Source of the DNA: Eledone cirrhosa
Lineage: Eukaryota
Assembly (NCBI GenBank): GCA_964016885.1
Contig: OZ024762.1
Location: 16,430,001-16,494,000, forward strand
Length of the DNA stretch: 64,000 bases
Direction: 5' to 3'
Shown: positions 57,196 to 64,000 of the stretch, one piece after another
Layout: each line of letters starts with the position of its first letter
Numbering within the stretch: the stretch's first letter is position 1
Position numbers and translations under genes: made by a program
The notes under the pieces: model-generated
The model's database searches: none
What the model saw: only the letters and a program-made list of their open reading frames with translations
Told to the model about the DNA's origin: nothing

Positions 57196-57465
57196 AGTTT
57201 TTTTGTCTACAGCGTATCATTGTTTGTTGTGTATATATATATATTATGGTGTATATATTGTGGTGTGTGTATATATATATATATATTATGGTGTGTATGT
57301 TTATATATATATATATTATGGTGTAAATATTGTGGTGTGTGTATATATATATAATGGTGTGTATATATATATGTTATAGTGTATATATTGTGGTATATCC
57401 AGTGAATTTCCAACCGATAAGGTATGATTTTCATGGGTATGTCTCTATTTATAAAACAAACTTTG

Positions 57466-57529
57466 TATTTTATCTGATGAAAGCGCACCAATGTTGTCTT
57501 GGTACCCTTGAAATATATATAATAAAATA
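57466..57529 (+). ncRNA. Minimal type I hammerhead ribozyme overlapping AATAAA
   Basis: UAUUUUAU CUGAUGA AAG..ACCAA-UGUUGUC-UUGGU..CUU GAAA UAUAUA UA AUAAAAUA; stem I 8 bp perfect. Confidence 0.75.
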
Positions 57530-57568
57530 AATATGGTTTTATAAATATAGTTTCCATTTATTTAATAT

Positions 57569-57656
<88 letters not shown>

Positions 57657-57752
57657 TATGGTGTATATATTGTGTGAATATATCAGAAAGGTCCTTTGCA
57701 TATATTTGTGTATACATATATATATATGTGAGTATATATATGTGTGTGTGTT

Positions 57753-57795
<43 letters not shown>

Positions 57796-58049
57796 TATAT
57801 ATTATCAGAAAGGTCCTTTGCATATATTTGTGTATACATATATATATATATATATATATACGATATTAATACACACTCTCTCACACACACACACACACAC
57901 ACTCTCTCTCTCTCACACACACACACTCACCCTCTCTCTATCCCCCTCCCTCTCTGCCATCTACTCCTTCTCTTACATCGATCAAACCTACCTCTTTCCA
58001 TTTTCTCTTTCTTCCCCCACCACCTCTACCATTACACACACACACACAC

Positions 58050-58126
<77 letters not shown>

Positions 58127-58138
58127 GAGAGAGAGAGA

Positions 58139-58169
<31 letters not shown>

Positions 58170-58234
58170 TGAGTGAGAGAAATTACTTCTACAAGATTAG
58201 AACTGTTTCATTTGTATAAAATCATCAGGAATTT

Positions 58235-60068
58235 CATTGTAGAGCTAGCCTAGGGTACTAAATACCCAAATATACATTGTAGAGCTAGCCTAGGGTGTTA
58301 AATACCCAGGTACATATTGTAGAGCTAGCCTAGGGTACTAAATACCCAGGTACATATTGTAGAGCTAGCCTAGGGTACTAAATACCCAGATATACATTGT
58401 AGAGCTAGCCTAGGGTACTAAATACCCAGATATACATTGTACAGCTAGCCTGGGGTGTTAAATACCCAGGTACATATTGTAGAGCTAGCCTAGGGTGTTA
58501 AATACCCAGGTACATATTGTAGAGCTAACCTAGGGTACTAAATACCCAAATATACATTGTAGAGCTAGCCTAGGGTGTTAAATACCCAGGTACATATTGT
58601 ACAGCTAGCCTAGGGTGTTAAATACCCAGGTACATATTGTAGAGCTAGCCTAGGGTGTTAAATACCCAGGTACATATTGTAGAGCTAACCTAGGGTACTA
58701 AATACCCAAATATACATTGTAGAGCTAGCCTAGGGTGTTAAATACCCAGGTACATATTGTACAGCTAGCCTAGGGTGTTAAATACCCAGGTACATATTGT
58801 AGAGCTAACCTAGGGTACTAAATACCCAGGTACATATTGTAGAGCTAACCTAGGGTACTAAATACCCAAATATACATTGTAGAGCTAGCCTAGGGTGTTA
58901 AATACCCAGGTACATATTGTAGAGCTAGCCTAGGGTACTAAATACCCAGGTACATATTGTAGAGCTAGCCTAGGGTACTAAATACCCAGATATACATTGT
59001 AGAGCTAGCCTAGGGTACTAAATACCCAGATATACATTGTACAGCTAGCCTGGGGTGTTAAATACCCAGGTACATATTGTAGAGCTAGCCTAGGGTACTA
59101 AATACCCAGATATACATTGTAGAGCTAGCCTAGGGTACTAAATACCCAGATATACATTGTAGAGCTAGCCTAGGGTACTAAATACCCAGATATACATTGT
59201 ACAGCTAGCCTGGGGTGTTAAATACCCAGGTACATATTGTAGAGCTAGCCTAGGGTACTAAATACCCAGATATACATTGTAGAGCTAGCCTAGGGTACTA
59301 AATACCCAGGTACACATTGTAGAGCTAGCCTAGGGTACTAAATACCCAGGTACATATTGTAGAGCTAACCTAGGGTACTAAATACCCAGGTACACATTGT
59401 AGAGCTAGCCTAGGGTACTAAATACCCAGATACATATTGTAGAGCTAGCCTAGTGTACTAAATACCCAGGTACATATTGTAGAGCTAACCTAGGGTACTA
59501 AATACCCAGGTACATATTGTAGAGCTAGCCTAGGGTACTAAATACCCAGGTACATATTGTAGAGCTAGCCTAGGGTACTAAATACCCAGATACATATTGT
59601 AGAGCTAGCCTAGTGTACTAAATACCCAGATATACATTGTAGAGCTAGCCTAGGGTGCTAAATACCCAGGTACATATTGTAGAGCTAGCCTAGTGTACTA
59701 AATACCCAGGTACATATTGTAGAGCTAGCCTAGGGTACTAAATACCCAGATATACATTGTAGAGTAGCCTAGGGTACTAAATACCCAGGTACATATTGTA
59801 GAGCTAGCCTAGGGTACTAAATACCCAGGTACATATTGTAGAGCTAGCCTAGGGTACTAAATACCCAGGTACATATTGTAGAGCTAACCTAGGGTACTAA
59901 ATACCGAGGTACATATTGTAGAGCTAGCCTAGGGTACTAAATACCCAGGTACATATTGTAGAGCTAGCCTAGGGTGTCAAATACCCAGATATACATTGTA
60001 GAGCTAGCCTAGGGTGTCAAATACCCAGATATACATGTAGAGCTAGCCTAGGGTGTCAAATACCCAGG
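58235..60068 (+). repeat. 40-bp satellite (~46 copies), unit ATTGTAGAGCTAGCCTAGGGTACTAAATACCCAGGTACAT
   Basis: Directly visible tandem array; each unit has the hairpin GGGTA-CTAAA-TACCC. Confidence 0.97.
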
Positions 60069-60558
60069 AACCGGCTCTGGTAACAGATAAACCAATCCCT
60101 TTGGAAATGACATCTTTTTTCGGCGAGAAAACGTGATCTGCTGTCAGCAACAGTTAATGTCTGTCATTATAGAGAGAGAGAGAGAGAGAGAGTAATACAG
60201 AGGTGAGAGAGAGAGGGGGATGAGATGGTGGCGAAAGAGAGATAGAGTGAGGACGTGAGAGAGAGAGGGGGGTGGAGAGGGAGAGAGAGTTATCGGAGTT
60301 AGAGAGATGGAGAGCAAGAGGAGAGATAGATAGATATATAGAGAGAGATGGGGGAGCAGGAGAAGATGGAAGATGAGACAAAGAATGAGAGACAGAGAGA
60401 TGGATAGAGATTGAGAGAGGGGGGGGGGGGTGAAATCCAGAGTGGAGAGAGAAAGAAAATGTGGGAACAAGAGAGAGAGAGAGAGAATGGCGCCAGGCGT
60501 GATTCCAAAACGATGTTTTGGAATTGTGTCTCTAAGAAATCGAGATTAAGGTTCGTGA

Positions 60559-60559
<1 letters not shown>

Positions 60560-60638
<79 letters not shown>

Positions 60639-60738
60639 TGTGTCTCTATGTGTGTGTCTGTGTGTGTGTGTATGTGTGTGTACAAGTGTGTGTATGTGTG
60701 TGTGTGTGTATGTGTGTGTGTATGTGTGTGTGTATGTA

Positions 60739-60769
<31 letters not shown>

Positions 60770-61132
60770 ACAAGTGTGTGTATGTGTATGTGTGTGTATG
60801 TACAAGTGTGTGTATGTGTGTGTGTGTGTACAAGTGTGTCTGTGTCTGTGTGTGTACAAGTATGTGTGTGTGTGTGTCTGTGTGTGTACAAGTGTGTGTA
60901 TGTGTGTGTGTGTGTATGTACAAGTGTGTGTATGTGTGTGTGTGTGTACAAGTGTGTCTGTGTCTGTGTGTGTACAAGTGTGTGTGTGTGTGTGTCTGTG
61001 TGTGTACAAGTGTGTGTATGTGTGTGTGTGTGTATGTACAAGTGTGTGTATGTGTGTGTGTGTGTACAAGTGTGTCTGTGTCTGTGTGTGTACAAGTGTG
61101 TGTATGTGTGTGTGTGTGTGTGTACAAGTGTG
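60560..61132. repeat. (TG)n tract punctuated by TACAAG; GGGGGACAGGG-type repeat at 61240-61430
   Basis: Directly visible. Confidence 0.9.
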
Positions 61133-61778
61133 TCAATATATAGAGAGAGAGAATTATTACAGGGTGTCGTTACTGTTTGGAGGTTTAGTGATATTTATCA
61201 ATGGATACTGGGAACGTGCTGACCGTCAATATACTGGCCAGGGGGTGTGTGTAGGGGGACAGGGGGTGTGTAGGGGGCCAGGGGGTGTGTAGGGGGCCAG
61301 GGTGTGTGTGAGTGTAGGGGGACAGGGTGTGTGAGTAGGGGGACAGGGTGTGTGTGTAGGGGGACAGGGGTGTGTGTAGGGGGCCAGGGTGTGTGTGTGT
61401 AGGGGGACAGGGTGTGTGTGTGTAGGGGTCTCTGTGTGTGTGTGTCTGTCAGTCACTCACTATATATATATATATATATATATATAGGGGGACAGGGTGT
61501 GTGTGTGTAGGGGTCTGTCTGTGAGTGTGTGTGTCTGTCTGTCTGTCAGTCACTGTATATATATATATATATATATATACATATATACATATATATACAT
61601 ATATATATATATACATACATATATATATATATATAAATGGATATATGCCAAAAACGTTACCTTTCATATAGTGTTAGCACTGACATATATGTATTTGTAT
61701 GTGTGTATATATATTATATATATATATATATATTATATATATTATATTTATATATACAAGCAAACTTCAATACTCTCT

Positions 61779-61809
<31 letters not shown>

Positions 61810-61879
61810 TATATATAATATATATATTATATATATATATAATATATATATATTATATATATATATATAATATATATAT

Positions 61880-61959
<80 letters not shown>

Positions 61960-61975
61960 AATATATATATCTATA

Positions 61976-62007
<32 letters not shown>

Positions 62008-62026
62008 TATATTATATATATATAAT

Positions 62027-62058
<32 letters not shown>

Positions 62059-62073
62059 ATATATATATATAAT

Positions 62074-62107
<34 letters not shown>

Positions 62108-62116
62108 ATATATATA

Positions 62117-62160
<44 letters not shown>

Positions 62161-62225
62161 TATATAATATATATATATATATTATATATATATATATATA
62201 ATATATATATATAATATATATATAT

Positions 62226-62277
<52 letters not shown>

Positions 62278-62444
62278 AATATACGTGTGTGTGTGTGGAA
62301 TTGATGGATGGAAAGCAATAGAGATGGATATATACATATTTATTACAATAGACTTGTTTAAATATATATATATATATATATAGTCAACATATATATATAT
62401 ATATATATAGGCAACATATATATATAATTAGTTACAACAGTGAC

Positions 62445-62476
<32 letters not shown>

Positions 62477-62483
62477 GTATATA

Positions 62484-62542
<59 letters not shown>

Positions 62543-62724
62543 TGTCTCATTATCAGTTGTCAGTCTGAGGAAGTGAGACAACCAAGTAATAAAAGTGTTC
62601 AATGTTGATGTCTAATTAAAGGGGAGGGGGGTCGTGTTGACGGTTGGATAATCTGGGAAGACATAAACAAGGACAGACGGACGGACACACACATATATAT
62701 ATATGTGTATATGTGTGTGTGTGT

Positions 62725-62783
<59 letters not shown>

Positions 62784-62788
62784 TGTGC

Positions 62789-62819
<31 letters not shown>

Positions 62820-62867
62820 GTGAGAGAGAGAGAAGTGTGCGTGTATATATATATATACACACACACA

Positions 62868-62908
<41 letters not shown>

Positions 62909-62927
62909 TCTCATCTATATTAAAACT

Positions 62928-62959
<32 letters not shown>

Positions 62960-62968
62960 CACACACAC

Positions 62969-63003
<35 letters not shown>

Positions 63004-63238
63004 GTATATATATATATACTTATATATATATATACATACACACCTATCAATATGTGGTGAGAGCTACATGACGATATACATGTGTGCCTGTCTGTGTGTG
63101 TGTGTGAAGGCACGTAGCGAAGTGGTCATTATATACGGTCGTAAGCTGATGAGTTCGATTCCCAGAGATGTCCCATGTCCTTCAGCAAGACACAGTTTCT
63201 TTACAAACCAAATAATTTAACAGTTTAAGACATTTAAT

Positions 63239-63326
63239 AACTAACAACTGTTTCTACCTACGTTATGCTACATACAGCAAATCATTTTGCCATTAGCAAG
63301 TATAAACCGTGGGTGTCATCAGAGTT
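63239..63326 (-). ncRNA. Type I hammerhead ribozyme candidate followed by ATTAAA
   Basis: Minus: AACU CUGAUGA CACCCACG...CGUAGGUA GAAA CAGUUG UU AGUU AUUAAA. Confidence 0.6.
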
Positions 63327-63382
63327 TAATTAAAATACCAACACATGTCACTCAGGATAAAAAGATTAGAACAGATAATATA

Positions 63383-63564
63383 TAGGGGTGAAATTCCGTT
63401 ATAACGAATACTATTATCACGAATTGTTCAGTATAACGAAATATTTTTCAATCCCCGGCCACAAGGTCGATGTGTTAGGTCGATCTCGTTATAAAGAATG
63501 TTTCGTTACAACGAATTTTTTTTATTATCCAACGTGAATTTCGTTATAACAGAATTTTACTGTA
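63383..63564. mobile_element. pogo/Tigger-like MITE
   Basis: TIRs GTGAAATTCCGTTATAACGAA / TTCGTTATAACAGAATTTTACTG-TA, with internal (G)TTATAACGAA sub-repeats. Confidence 0.65.
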
Positions 63565-64000
63565 TGTCATTCATCAAAGTATCACGGGAAAGGTTTACAG
63601 TTAAAAATATAGTTTAAAAAAAACATCGTAGTCAGAAAAAAATATATATATATATTGTTAGTTGTGTTTCTTAGAGTGAATTAGAGTTTATAGTTTTAAA
63701 AATGGTGGCATTCGTATTACAAGTTTTCCTAAAATGAATTTGAATATTATGATTTCTAGTATAGGCACAAGAGCAGTAATTTGGGGAGAGGGGAAAGTCG
63801 ATTAAATCAACCCCAGTGCATTACTGGTACTTTATTTTATCGACCCTCGTAAGGATGAAAGGCAAAGTTAACCTCGGTGGGATTTGAATATATAATGAGA
63901 AATAGACATAGAGACAGACACACAGACAGACAAACAGTTATATAGATAGATTTCTTTATTAGCCACAAGGGCGCAACAAGAAAGGGGACAATACAAAGAC

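Noticed and set aside
56630-57379. Gly/Val-rich ORF resembling a structural protein
   Set aside because: (GGT)/(GTT) repeat open in several frames, with no signal peptide or convincing exon boundaries.
60110-60545. Possible Dmrt2 promoter (TTTTCGGCGAGAAAA, AATGGCGCC, GA-rich tract)
   Set aside because: Only short motifs, with no identifiable exon or donor; it cannot be supported from sequence alone.

Overview
Repeat-saturated, AT-rich animal genomic DNA. The tRNA-derived SINE families and extreme (TA)n/(TACA)n content suggest an octopod cephalopod; this is inference, not a database match. The only convincing host gene is a minus-strand Dmrt2/Dmrt11E-type DM-domain transcription factor. It has three coding exons (9981-9203, 5731-5553, 3467-1756) with phase-compatible GT-AG introns and about 889 aa, and it also carries a DMA-like domain and a C-terminal eh1-like motif. 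The remaining ~54 kb has no host CDS I can support. It holds microsatellites, two SINE families, LINE fragments (Tx1/L1, CRE, R4/Dong, RTE, CR1-like), MITEs, a non-autonomous Helitron-like element, a 4.7-kb 36-bp satellite built from a tRNA/SINE 5' half plus TTAGG/TTAGGG, and a 1.8-kb 40-bp satellite. The most striking signal is about 13 hand-folded type I hammerhead ribozyme motifs of about 11 unrelated sequence types, several inside fold-back palindromes embedded in (TA)n tracts. This fits Penelope-like element pLTR remnants or retrozyme-like non-autonomous elements. Almost all ORFs in the supplied track are microsatellite artefacts. All RNA structures were folded by eye, and repeat boundaries are approximate.
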